From the NCBI RefSeq assembly GCF_965196625.1, contig NZ_OZ239769.1, positions 600,001 to 632,000 of the forward strand: 32,000 bases of DNA, written 5' to 3'. A model generated the notes under the pieces. That model had not been told where the DNA came from. It worked only from the letters and a program-made list of their open reading frames with translations, and did not search any database. Both the position numbers and the translations under genes were made by a program. Origin of the DNA: Candidatus Saccharimonadota bacterium. Its GTDB lineage: Bacteria > Bacteroidota > Bacteroidia > Cytophagales > Amoebophilaceae. Of this stretch, positions 1 through 7,809 are shown in pieces (within the stretch, counting starts at the first letter, position 1; the number at the start of each line of letters is the position of its first letter).

Positions 1-473
1 AACAGACGGCTAATGATGCTTTCTACATCTTCTCCTACATACCCTGCTTCTGTTAAAACGGTTGCATCTATAATACAAAAAGGTACTTCTAGCATTTGTG
101 CTAATGTGCGGACCAAATAGGTTTTACCTGTACCGGTTTCTCCAACCAGTAATATATTGGATTTTTCAATGACGACATCATCCTCTATACTTGCCGGGTG
201 GGCCAGACGCTTGTAGTGGTTATAGACCGCAATAGACAATGCTTTTTTTGCCTCCTCTTGCCCAATCACATATTCGTCTAAATGGGCCTTTATTTCCTGC
301 GGGCGCAGCAAGTTAACCGGTTTAATATCATTAATCAGGTTATCTTCCTTTTGAAGTTGAATAATCTGTGCAGCTTGTGTCACACATTGGTCACAAATGC
401 GACCTTCTGGGCCAGTTACCATCATGCTGACGATCTCACTCGCTTTTTTGCAAAAAGAACAATGGGTTTTCAT
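1..473 (-). CDS. clpX: ATP-dependent Clp protease ATP-binding subunit ClpX (N-terminal part; runs off left edge)
   Basis: Manual translation from ATG at 473-471 gives [30 protein letters not shown] (C4 zinc finger), then [15 protein letters not shown] (Walker A) and [16 protein letters not shown]. Starts 19 nt downstream of clpP on the same strand. Confidence 0.9.
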   Translation of the reverse strand, partial: MKTHCSFCKKASEIVSMMVTGPEGRICDQCVTQAAQIIQLQKEDNLINDIKPVNLLRPQEIKAHLDEYVIGQEEAKKALSIAVYNHYKRLAHPASIEDDVVIEKSNILLVGETGTGKTYLVRTLAQMLEVPFCIIDATVLTEAGYVGEDVESIISRL

Positions 474-492
474 AATGGTAGTAATTGTATGG

Positions 493-1176
493 TTAATTTT
501 TTAGCTCTTTCTCTTTTTCTAATACAAAATCAATGATGCCATATTCTTTGGCCTCGTTGGCACGCATCCAATAATCTCTATCTGAATGGCGCTCTACAGA
601 AGCATAGTCTTGACCTGTATGCTTAGATAAAATGTTATAAATATCTTTTTTAATTTCAAGGATTTGCTGTATGGTAATTTCCATATCTGCAGCAGTTCCC
701 TTGGCGCCTCCTAGGGGCTGGTGAATCATAATCCTGGCGTGTGGCAGGGAAGAGCGTTTGTTTTGAGCGCCTCCGGCCAATAATACAGCCGCCATAGAAG
801 CGGCAAGGCCTGTGCAAATCGTTGCTACATCAGGCGAAATATATTGCATGGTATCATAAATGCCAAAGCCTGGGTATACAGAACCTCCTGGACTATTGAT
901 ATAGAGTAAAATATCTTTTTTAGCATCAACAGATTGTAAAAAAAGCAGTTGCGCAATAATAATATTGGCAATATTATCATCTACTTGTGTGCCCAAAAAG
1001 ATGATCCTGTCCATGATCAGCCTGGAGAAGACGTCTACCTCTCTAAAATGGGCCGGCCGCTGTTCAATAACCGATCGGGTCATGTTTTCGACATCTGATA
1101 CATAGTTATGGACCTGTAAACCAGTCGCATAGCCATTTTTAACTGCAAATTTTTTAAATTCTTTTTGATCTAACAT
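493..1176 (-). CDS. clpP: ATP-dependent Clp protease proteolytic subunit ClpP
   Basis: 227 aa ORF with [16 protein letters not shown] (catalytic Ser), IMIHQPLGG (His) and DRDYWM (Asp). Standard clpP-clpX order. Confidence 0.95.
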   Translation of the reverse strand: MLDQKEFKKFAVKNGYATGLQVHNYVSDVENMTRSVIEQRPAHFREVDVFSRLIMDRIIFLGTQVDDNIANIIIAQLLFLQSVDAKKDILLYINSPGGSVYPGFGIYDTMQYISPDVATICTGLAASMAAVLLAGGAQNKRSSLPHARIMIHQPLGGAKGTAADMEITIQQILEIKKDIYNILSKHTGQDYASVERHSDRDYWMRANEAKEYGIIDFVLEKEKELKN

Positions 1177-1286
1177 AGTTAATATGGGAGGTAAAACTTA
1201 TCTTGTTCCCTGCATTGGGTATTTTTTTGAAAGGTAGTACAAAATAATGTATTAAACAAATCTTATAGTTGGATGCGGTTCAATCA

Positions 1287-2267
1287 CTATCCTTTGGTTG
1301 GGAGGTGTGAAGTGGATGGAATAGGTTGTTGCGATGGGCTAATGCGTGCGGCGATATGGCTTTCTATTTTAGCCAGGTCATACGGTTCAAACCAGCTTGT
1401 GTTGGTATCTTTTTTAAACCAAGTCATCTGTTTTTTTGCATATTGTTTTGTGTTGGTTTTGATATCGTCTATGGCTTTTGTTAAGCTACACCTGCCGTCA
1501 ATATAGTCGAATAACTCTTTATAGCCTAATGTTTGCAAGGCATTGGTGGTTTTGTAGGGATAAAGTCTTTCGACTTCCTGGAGTAACCCTTGTTCCATCA
1601 TAGCCTCCACACGGAGGCTGATTCGTTTGTGCAACCATTCTTTTGCTTGGGCGAGTCCTATGGCTATTATATTAAATGGTCTGGTTCCTGCGCTGCATGG
1701 TTTGCGTAGGGTGGAGTAGGGCATTCCTGTACCCAAGCAGACTTCCAATGCCCTGATGACTCTTTTGGGATTTTTAAGGTCTACGGTTTGGTAGTAGGTG
1801 GGGTCTTTTTCTGCCAGCAGTTGGGTAAGGTAGGGGAGGCCTTTTTCTGCTAAGGCGGCATTTAGGGTGGCACGTAGGTGCGTGGGCAGGGTAGGCATGT
1901 CGGCTAGCCCTGCACAGAGTGCTTTTAGGTAGAGTCCAGAGCCACCGGTTGCGATGACTACCTCATGATGGGCAAAAAGGCGATCGAGCTGCGCTAATGC
2001 TTCTTGGGAAAACCTACCGGCTGTATAATTGGCTTGAATGGGTAAAAAAGATAAAAAATGGTGGGGGATGCCCTTCATTTCTGCTTGGGTTGGTTGGGCG
2101 GTGCCAATCACTAGGTCACGGTAAAATTGTCTGGAATCAGCTGATATAATCTCTGTTTGCAGTTTTTCAGCGAGCTGAATGGAAAGCGTTGTCTTGCCTA
2201 TAGCGGTTGGACCGACTATAACGATTAAGTGCTTGCGTTTGGCTGTGCTGGCTTGGTTGGAAGACAT
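1287..2267 (-). CDS. miaA: tRNA dimethylallyltransferase MiaA
   Basis: 326 aa ORF. Has the N-terminal P-loop IVIVGPTAIGKTTLSIQLA, then ISADSRQFYR, GGSGLYLKAL and a QMTWFKK-type C-terminal region typical of MiaA. Confidence 0.9.
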   Translation of the reverse strand: MSSNQASTAKRKHLIVIVGPTAIGKTTLSIQLAEKLQTEIISADSRQFYRDLVIGTAQPTQAEMKGIPHHFLSFLPIQANYTAGRFSQEALAQLDRLFAHHEVVIATGGSGLYLKALCAGLADMPTLPTHLRATLNAALAEKGLPYLTQLLAEKDPTYYQTVDLKNPKRVIRALEVCLGTGMPYSTLRKPCSAGTRPFNIIAIGLAQAKEWLHKRISLRVEAMMEQGLLQEVERLYPYKTTNALQTLGYKELFDYIDGRCSLTKAIDDIKTNTKQYAKKQMTWFKKDTNTSWFEPYDLAKIESHIAARISPSQQPIPSTSHLPTKG

Positions 2268-2324
2268 AAGAGGGGCTTGTTTCTATTTTTTTCTTGATAA
2301 AACTATTGGTGTTGTGGTTGGGTG

Positions 2325-2834
2325 TTATGATTCGTTATCGGTTTCATTTTTGTTATCTTCATCATCGTTTTGGGAAGTTTGATCGGTTTGATTATCACCA
2401 TCACCATCACCATCACCATTATCGTCTCCATCTGTATCGCTTGCTGGTTTCTGTGGTTGCGTAGATATAGGTTTGAAGACGTTACAACCAGGAGCGTCAA
2501 TCAAAATGATGTGGCTAGTGCCTTTTATATCGATGTTTAAAGATGCTCGGCCAGAGATAATGAGATTATTTTGGTCGTCTAGCTTGCTATTGTTTAAAGG
2601 ATTGCTCTCTTGGGTTTGAGCTTCTTGATTAGGTGTACCTTCAGTAATTGTAGCACCTTTTGAGTTAATGGCTATTATATGCTTTTCGCCGTCTACTGTA
2701 AGGGTTCCAAGTTGTTTGCTATGGTTCTTCTGATCTTTTAGTATAGGCACACTCTTTGGAATTTCGCTACAGAAACTTGCCATTAAAAAAGTCAAGCAAA
2801 AATATGTTTTTAATATAAATTGTATGGTACGCAT
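2325..2834 (-). CDS. hypothetical leader-peptide (lipoprotein-like) protein with acidic D/G/N-rich tail; paralog of 2869-3921
   Basis: 169 aa ORF. Leader MRTIQFILKTYFCLTFLMASFC ends in Cys. Two copies of a GxxHI(I/L)xI module. C-terminal DGDDNGDGDGDGD...DDEDN tail. The leader is conserved at nucleotide level with the next gene. Confidence 0.7.
   Translation of the reverse strand: MRTIQFILKTYFCLTFLMASFCSEIPKSVPILKDQKNHSKQLGTLTVDGEKHIIAINSKGATITEGTPNQEAQTQESNPLNNSKLDDQNNLIISGRASLNIDIKGTSHIILIDAPGCNVFKPISTQPQKPASDTDGDDNGDGDGDGDNQTDQTSQNDDEDNKNETDNES
2394..2417. repeat. hexanucleotide microsatellite (ATCACC)x4, encodes GDGDGDGD on the - strand
   Basis: Four perfect tandem copies read directly in the sequence, in frame within ORF 2325-2834. 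Confidence 0.9.
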
Positions 2835-2868
2835 TTGATTAGGGTTTTGTCTTTTTAGTTCTGATTTT

Positions 2869-3921
2869 TTACTTATTCAGTTCTTCCTTAATTTTTTGGG
2901 TAAGGTTATTTATTGTATATGGTATCTTCTTTGTATCCTTTTTAATTAGCTCGTTTAGCTTACTTTTCTGCAACGTTATTGTTTCTAGTATCTCCTCTAA
3001 GCTATCTAAGGTTATTTCTTCCTTCTCTTTGTTTAGCCGTTCCTCCAAATCTGTTACCTCTTTGTATATAGGCTTTAAATCCTTTATTATAGGCATCTTC
3101 TTTTCTTCCTTCTGTATGAACTGTATGAATGTGTTAATTTCCTTTATTCTGTTGTTGTTCGCGTCTATTTGTGTCTTTAGTTGTATTTTCTTGGCTTCTA
3201 ACTCGTTCTTTTCCTTTTTCTTACCTTGAGTTTCGGCTTTTTGTAGGCTTTTCAGATCTTTTATACATCTGTTTCGTTCTTCCTCTTTTTTAATGTTTTT
3301 GGCTTTTATTTTATTTATTTTATTCTCTAATTTTGATAGCTGTGTTTGATATTCTTTGAAATTGAATTTTTCTAATTGACTCCATACTGCGCCTATTTCC
3401 TTTGTTATCTCTTTTGTTATTTTCTGTTCTGCTGCTTTCTGTTCTGCTGCTTTCTGTTCTGCTGCTTTCTGTTCTGCTGCTTTCTGTTCTGCTGCTTTCT
3501 GTTCTGCTGCTTTCTGTTCTGCTGCTTTCTGTTCTGCTGCTTTCTGTTCTGCTGCTTTTGCTGCTCTCTCTTTCTCTTCTGTCTCTTCTTTTTCTTCTCT
3601 ATTCGCTGCTGCGGCGTTTTGCTTATTATTGCTCTTCTTTTTTTTCTTTTTTGCTATTGTTTTTTGCTCTTGTTGCGTAGATATAGGCGCGTTGTTCTCA
3701 TTCTGATTTTTTTGCGCAGGTGTACTTATCTTAATTGTAGCATCTGGCGAGTTAATGGATAGAATATGATCTTTGCCTGTTAGTTTAATGTTTATAGGTG
3801 CGCTACTATTTTTTTTGTGATCTTTTGCTAGAAATAACTTCTTTCTACTTTCGCTGCACCAATTTGCCATTGAAAAAGTCAAGCAAAAAGATATTTTTAG
3901 CATAAGCTTAGGGGTACGCAT
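2869..3921 (-). CDS. hypothetical leader-peptide (lipoprotein-like) repeat/coiled-coil protein
   Basis: 350 aa ORF. Leader MRTPKLMLKISFCLTFSMANWC, one GKDHILSINSPDATI module, a K6 tract, (AAEQK)x9, then ~200 aa of K/E/I/L-rich coiled-coil-like sequence. Confidence 0.7.
   Translation of the reverse strand: MRTPKLMLKISFCLTFSMANWCSESRKKLFLAKDHKKNSSAPINIKLTGKDHILSINSPDATIKISTPAQKNQNENNAPISTQQEQKTIAKKKKKKSNNKQNAAAANREEKEETEEKERAAKAAEQKAAEQKAAEQKAAEQKAAEQKAAEQKAAEQKAAEQKAAEQKITKEITKEIGAVWSQLEKFNFKEYQTQLSKLENKINKIKAKNIKKEEERNRCIKDLKSLQKAETQGKKKEKNELEAKKIQLKTQIDANNNRIKEINTFIQFIQKEEKKMPIIKDLKPIYKEVTDLEERLNKEKEEITLDSLEEILETITLQKSKLNELIKKDTKKIPYTINNLTQKIKEELNK
3421..3555. repeat. perfect 15-bp tandem repeat (TTTCTGTTCTGCTGC)x9, encodes (AAEQK)9 on the - strand
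   Basis: Nine identical consecutive 15-mers counted from the sequence. In frame inside ORF 2869-3921. Confidence 0.95.
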
Positions 3922-4419
3922 TGAAGAACTAATATGGCTGGTTTAGGTTTGCGATGAACAAATCTTTACTTTCTGATTGATTTTTAGGTTTTTTTGATCT
4001 AAAACTTTCTTGTTATAGTTGAATCTAGTTATACATTCGTTGAGAGATCAAGCAAAAGTGTATCATTGGCTAAGCGATTAACTTGAATAGTGTTTTTGTT
4101 CTGCAAAGTTATAAAAAAACTTGATACCATGCACATGAAGTTTTTAACTTGGCCAATTGGTGCTTTGCATCATTTATACTGTGGTGTTTGTATCCATTGA
4201 AAATAAGTCTTTTATAAGCTTTGCACTTATCTATAATTAAATGGTTGAACCCTAAAATTTAGTTTTAAAAACTGGTTACCAGTACTTTTATGAAAATATT
4301 TTCAAGCGCAGCCTAGTGTTTTATGGATATTTAATCTAAATCATCTAGAATATAACAGTAGTATACTATACCTTATTGATTTTGGTAATCAAACGCTTTG
4401 ATGATTATTTTGGGTTATT

Positions 4420-5412
4420 TCAGCCTAATTTCCTTTTCTTCTTTTTTTTATTCTTTACGTTCATATTTTCCCCTTCCTTTGGTTTTATATCTTTGCGGAG
4501 GCTTTCTAATGCTTCTTTTAATTGTTTTTTAATTTCTTCTATTTCTTCTTCTAATTTTTTTAGTGTTTTTAGATCACCCTCTTCTATATTTCCCTCTTTC
4601 CCTTTCCAGGCTGTTTTTTTCTCTATTTCTTTAAGGTCCTTTTCGATTTCTTTAACTTTTTTTTCCAGACTTTGTAGTTTTTTATTTTTTTCTTTAAAAT
4701 CATCCATATTGTAATTGCAATCCTCTATTGCACTTGTCAATTCTTCGTTTATTACGTTGTTGATTTTAGCTAATTCCTTTTTAGCGGCTCGAAATCTTTT
4801 TATAGCATTTTCTTTAGTGTTTTTTTTAGTAGTAGCAAGCGTAGACGTCATCGAATCACTTTGGCTAGAATTGCTAGTAGCATTATACATTAGGCTATAA
4901 TATGGCAATTGAATTTTATCTACTTTTTCAACATTTTTTAGTGCATCATCAGCAGATTCACGGGCATTCTGGGCATACTGAGCCGCCTGTTTAACATCAT
5001 GCGTGTTGTGGTCAGCAGCGGCTTGGGCAGCTTTTTCAGCCGCTTTAGCTGCTTCGTCTGCTTCGTCTGCTGCCTTTTGGACTGCTTTTTTGAATTGTTC
5101 AAGTTCTGATTGGGTTGTAGCTTTTTGTGCATTACCTAACGCTTGCTTGGATTCGCTCAAGTAATACGCTGCTTGTTTACAATATTTCTCAGCTGTATCC
5201 GTGTGCACTGAAACCGACTCCGTAGTTTTTGAGTCTTGATTTTTGTTTTGATCCAGCGATGCATTGCGCTGATCTGTTGTATAAGTAGTGTTTTTTGGTT
5301 GATGACCCATTGATTCGTTTTTCAGTGTATCCTTGTTGCGAACGCACTGAGCTGCTACTATAGTAAAACAAAATAGAGTGCTTTTTAGTAATATTTTTAA
5401 TAAGGTTTTCAT
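4420..5412 (-). CDS. hypothetical leader-peptide (lipoprotein-like) A/Q/K-rich and K/E coiled-coil protein
   Basis: 330 aa ORF. Leader MKTLLKILLKSTLFCFTIVAAQC, an Ala/Gln/Lys helical segment (AADEADEAAKAAEKAAQAAADH), a K/E-rich C-terminal half and a KNKKKKKRKLG end. Confidence 0.65.
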   Translation of the reverse strand: MKTLLKILLKSTLFCFTIVAAQCVRNKDTLKNESMGHQPKNTTYTTDQRNASLDQNKNQDSKTTESVSVHTDTAEKYCKQAAYYLSESKQALGNAQKATTQSELEQFKKAVQKAADEADEAAKAAEKAAQAAADHNTHDVKQAAQYAQNARESADDALKNVEKVDKIQLPYYSLMYNATSNSSQSDSMTSTLATTKKNTKENAIKRFRAAKKELAKINNVINEELTSAIEDCNYNMDDFKEKNKKLQSLEKKVKEIEKDLKEIEKKTAWKGKEGNIEEGDLKTLKKLEEEIEEIKKQLKEALESLRKDIKPKEGENMNVKNKKKKKRKLG

Positions 5413-5950
5413 ATTGTTTTCTATTTTTTACAGTAGGAGATATAGACGACATTAAGGATTATAAAACTAGATTGTTTAAAAAAATATTCTTGCTATATTA
5501 ATTAAATTTTTATGATTATGCAATACTTAATTTCTGTCGTATATGGAGGTTTTATATCTTGTAAGTGGCTAGAAGAAGTGTAATTAAAGTGATTTACAAT
5601 TGAATAATTAAAAATTTGCTTGGTTTTTTTACCAGGAAAAATTGTAGAATTAGGTAGATTTTACCAAATCACGCAAGGGGCGTGTCTATATCAGTAATCT
5701 GGCAAATCGCATACATACAGCTGTATGGCGTCAACTGAAAGAAAAAGTATTTTAGCACAGAGATGTAAATGGATGGTTAGCATATTTCATCGCCGTTGGC
5801 CGCCGATAAAAAGTTGGCGCACAGTAAAAGTAGCGTCAAATTCCTTTGTGTGTTCCTTAACTATGGCCAAATCAGGAAAATGCCCCTGTAAAAAGTTTCG
5901 AAATAGAGCTCATTCCTTACAGAGGATTAGGAAAAACAGCTTCCTTTGAA

Positions 5951-5972
5951 GCCCGCGTAGCGGGCGCGTTTT
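5951..5972 (+). terminator. possible rho-independent terminator hairpin (GCCCGC-GTA-GCGGGC followed by GCGTTTT)
   Basis: GC-rich 6-bp stem with a short loop and a 4-T tail on the + strand only. It lies directly after the stop of small ORF 5725-5949. No convincing upstream gene, so the function is uncertain. Confidence 0.3.
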
Positions 5973-6087
5973 GAATATGGTACCGCATCATCTTTTTGAT
6001 CAGGCAAAAATCAAGATAAAAATCCCCTTAGAAAAGATTTACCAAGGACGGAAACCCTAAGTTGACGCCGTTGAATGAATGACCATG

Positions 6088-6161
6088 TGGACTTGAAGGG
6101 ATTCGAACCCCTAACCGCTGCATCCGTAGTGCAGTGCTCTATCCAGTTGAGCTACAAGTCC
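6088..6161 (-). tRNA. tRNA-Arg (anticodon ACG)
   Basis: Reverse complement reads GGACUUGUAGCUCAACUGGAUAGAGCACUGCACUACGGAUGCAGCGGUUAGGGGUUCGAAUCCCUUCAAGUCCA. Clean cloverleaf with anticodon loop CUACGGA. Confidence 0.9.
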
Positions 6162-6451
6162 ATAGGCTTCAAGAGGGGTCTTGCCCCTTCCCTTGAAACC
6201 TATTTCTAATGGTTATTTTGGTGTCGAAGCTGGTCTATCCTCCTCAAATATATCTAGCATTCTGCGGTGTTCGACTGCGCTTCTCCTACAAAATTGCTGA
6301 TCACAAGTAGGTTCCAAGAGGAGTCTGTCTCTTAAGGCGTTATGCAAATTTAATAAACAAAAATTTATTTCAAACTAATGTTTTGACTTTTTTTAAAAAA
6401 AAAGTACCTTTGTTAGGTAATATTTATACGCTATACTATACATTAATTTGC

Positions 6452-7267
6452 ATGAAAAAAAAGATCATTCCCCTATTATTGTTTTTTATTGCCTCGCATG
6501 TTACCCATGCAGTTGCTCCAGGTCATGCAGATGCACCTGTTTTGGATGCGCAAGAAAATCAGTCTGATACCTATCTTCCATCTGTAGAAAACTATTCTAG
6601 CTTTTCCTTTGAGTTTTTGAAAATGGATTATTTATATAATATGGGTAAGGTACCTTCGGATTTTTTGCATTTTCATAATATGAAAAAATTTGATTGGCAT
6701 GGCTTGCTCCGTGGCAATGGGACTTTTGTACATGCCATTCGTATCAACCAATCTCGTTTTGCTTTTTGCTTAGGGATTGGTTGGAGTACTTTGTATTACG
6801 CTTTTGCAGGCCAGAAAGATAATGATGAAGTTACTTATCCGAGGCTTAAAAGAGGAGAGTCGAAAACAGATTGTGAAGAGGTTAAGAATGAAGACGCTAA
6901 AAAAGTTTCCTATTCTGCTGTTAAGATTCCTTTTATTGATTTGCTGTTTAGGTTGCGGTTTAATAGTGTCTTAGAAGACCCTAAGGCGGGCTTTCATACT
7001 TGGTTGGGTTTGAAGGTTGGTTTCCGTCAGCGTGCTACTCAGGTTATGAATTATAAAGAATACGATGATTCAGGCGCTTCTTCGATTCATAACAGTTATT
7101 TTAATCTTAAATTGCTTGCTTGCGGTTTGCAAGCTGGCGTCGGGTATGGTCGTTTTGGTTTAACAGGTGGCTTTAATTTGACATCCCTTTTTAAGGAAAA
7201 AAAGGGGCCTGATTATTCCGATTCACTTAGGCCTTTCTCCTTTAGTGTGTATGTAGATCTGATATAA
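6452..7267 (+). CDS. hypothetical outer-membrane beta-barrel-like protein with signal peptide
   Basis: The ORF opens at 6383. The likely start is the ATG at 6452, giving MKKKIIPLLLFFIASHVTHA (signal peptide). Alternating hydrophobic, aromatic/Gly-rich strands (GLQAGVGYGRFGLTGGFNLTSLF, PFSFSVYVDLI) suggest an OMP barrel. No specific family recognised. Confidence 0.6.
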   Translation: MKKKIIPLLLFFIASHVTHAVAPGHADAPVLDAQENQSDTYLPSVENYSSFSFEFLKMDYLYNMGKVPSDFLHFHNMKKFDWHGLLRGNGTFVHAIRINQSRFAFCLGIGWSTLYYAFAGQKDNDEVTYPRLKRGESKTDCEEVKNEDAKKVSYSAVKIPFIDLLFRLRFNSVLEDPKAGFHTWLGLKVGFRQRATQVMNYKEYDDSGASSIHNSYFNLKLLACGLQAGVGYGRFGLTGGFNLTSLFKEKKGPDYSDSLRPFSFSVYVDLI

Positions 7268-7427
7268 GTTGTTTGCCTAGTAGAGGTGTGGTTTGGTTGT
7301 TAAAGGAAGTTCCTTTGATTATGCCAGTTTTAATTTTTTTGTAGGAGAGGAATATTTTTTGTAGCTTTGCTTGACCTATTTGGGTAGGTGGATATGCTAC
7401 TTTTTCCTGTCTTTTTTAATTGTAATT

Positions 7428-7508
7428 GGGGAGATGCCAGAGCGGCCAATTGGGGCGGACTGTAAATCCGTTGCGTAAGCTTCGAAGGTTCGAATCCTTC
7501 TCTCCCCA
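7428..7508 (+). tRNA. tRNA-Tyr (anticodon GUA)
   Basis: GGGGAGAUGCCAGAGCGGCCAA...GACUGUAAAUC...long variable arm...GAAGGUUCGAAUCCUUCUCUCCCCA. Closely resembles bacterial class II tRNA-Tyr. Confidence 0.9.
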
Positions 7509-7542
7509 CTAGGGGGCAGTAGTTGCAAGTGTTTATGATAAA

Positions 7543-7615
7543 GCGGGAGTAGCTCAGTTGGTAGAGCGGCAGCCTTCCAAGCTTCAGGTCGCGAGTTCGA
7601 TCCTCGTCTCCCGCT
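7543..7615 (+). tRNA. tRNA-Gly (anticodon UCC)
   Basis: GCGGGAGUAGCUCAGUUGGUAGAGC...CUUCCAA anticodon loop...GCGAGUUCGAUCCUCGUCUCCCGCU. One mismatch in the anticodon stem. Confidence 0.88.
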
Positions 7616-7632
7616 CTTTGGTTTCTATAAGG

Positions 7633-7707
7633 GCCGGTGTAGCTCAGTGGTAGAGTGCTTCCTTGGTAAGGAAGAGGTCACGGGTTCAAATCCCGTCATT
7701 GGCTCCA
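7633..7707 (+). tRNA. tRNA-Thr (anticodon GGU), CCA encoded
   Basis: GCCGGUGUAGCUCAGUGGUAGAGUGCUUCCUUGGUAAGGAAGAGGUCACGGGUUCAAAUCCCGUCAUUGGCUCCA. Lies immediately upstream of tuf, as in the thrU-tyrU-glyT-thrT-tufB arrangement. Confidence 0.9.
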
Positions 7708-7809
7708 TTTTGGAATAGATCTGAGGAAGTTCGTTTTAGGTAGATCCAGAAATGTATTGGATGCATTATTTATTTTATTGAAAATCTAAAAAATTATAAA
7801 TTATACGCT

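Noticed and set aside
282-536. + strand ORF 282-536
   Set aside because: It is antisense to clpX and the clpP 3' end and has no recognisable features.
2303-2500. ORF 2303-2500 (- strand) with MVMVMVMV and His-rich sequence
   Set aside because: It is an alternative frame of the (ATCACC)4 microsatellite and overlaps the better-supported ORF 2325-2834.
3421-3555. Tandem array as a CRISPR locus
   Set aside because: The units are contiguous 15-mers with no spacers. They are in frame within a coding region and no cas genes are nearby.
3376-3762. + strand ORFs 3376-3762 and 3402-3680 (CCFLF.. / LLLSV.. repeats)
   Set aside because: They are the antisense or out-of-frame reading of the 15-bp tandem repeat inside the minus-strand gene 2869-3921, which has a leader peptide and a paralog.
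5725-5949. 74-aa ORF (MASTERKSILAQRCKW...) as a real protein-coding gene
   Set aside because: It is very basic, has no recognisable motif and lies in a region with stops in every other frame. The only support is the hairpin right after its stop. It is kept as part of a finding, not called as a CDS.
5727-6069. 9-bp long-range complementarity GGCGTCAAC / GTTGACGCC, as a closing helix of a structured RNA or as MITE terminal inverted repeats
   Set aside because: A single 9-mer inverted match within ~600 bp is expected by chance at appreciable frequency. There is no flanking target-site duplication and no extension of the pairing.
5640-6087. RNase P RNA (rnpB) or tmRNA in the unassigned region
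   Set aside because: A few short strings resemble RNase P CR-II/CR-IV-like segments. The universally conserved P4 elements (GAGGAAAGUCC and ACAGAACCCGGCUUA) are absent on both strands. A + strand model would have to run into the antisense tRNA-Arg. There is no T-arm (GGUUCGAAUCC type), no GGGG...ACCA acceptor and no ..ALAA tag frame for tmRNA.
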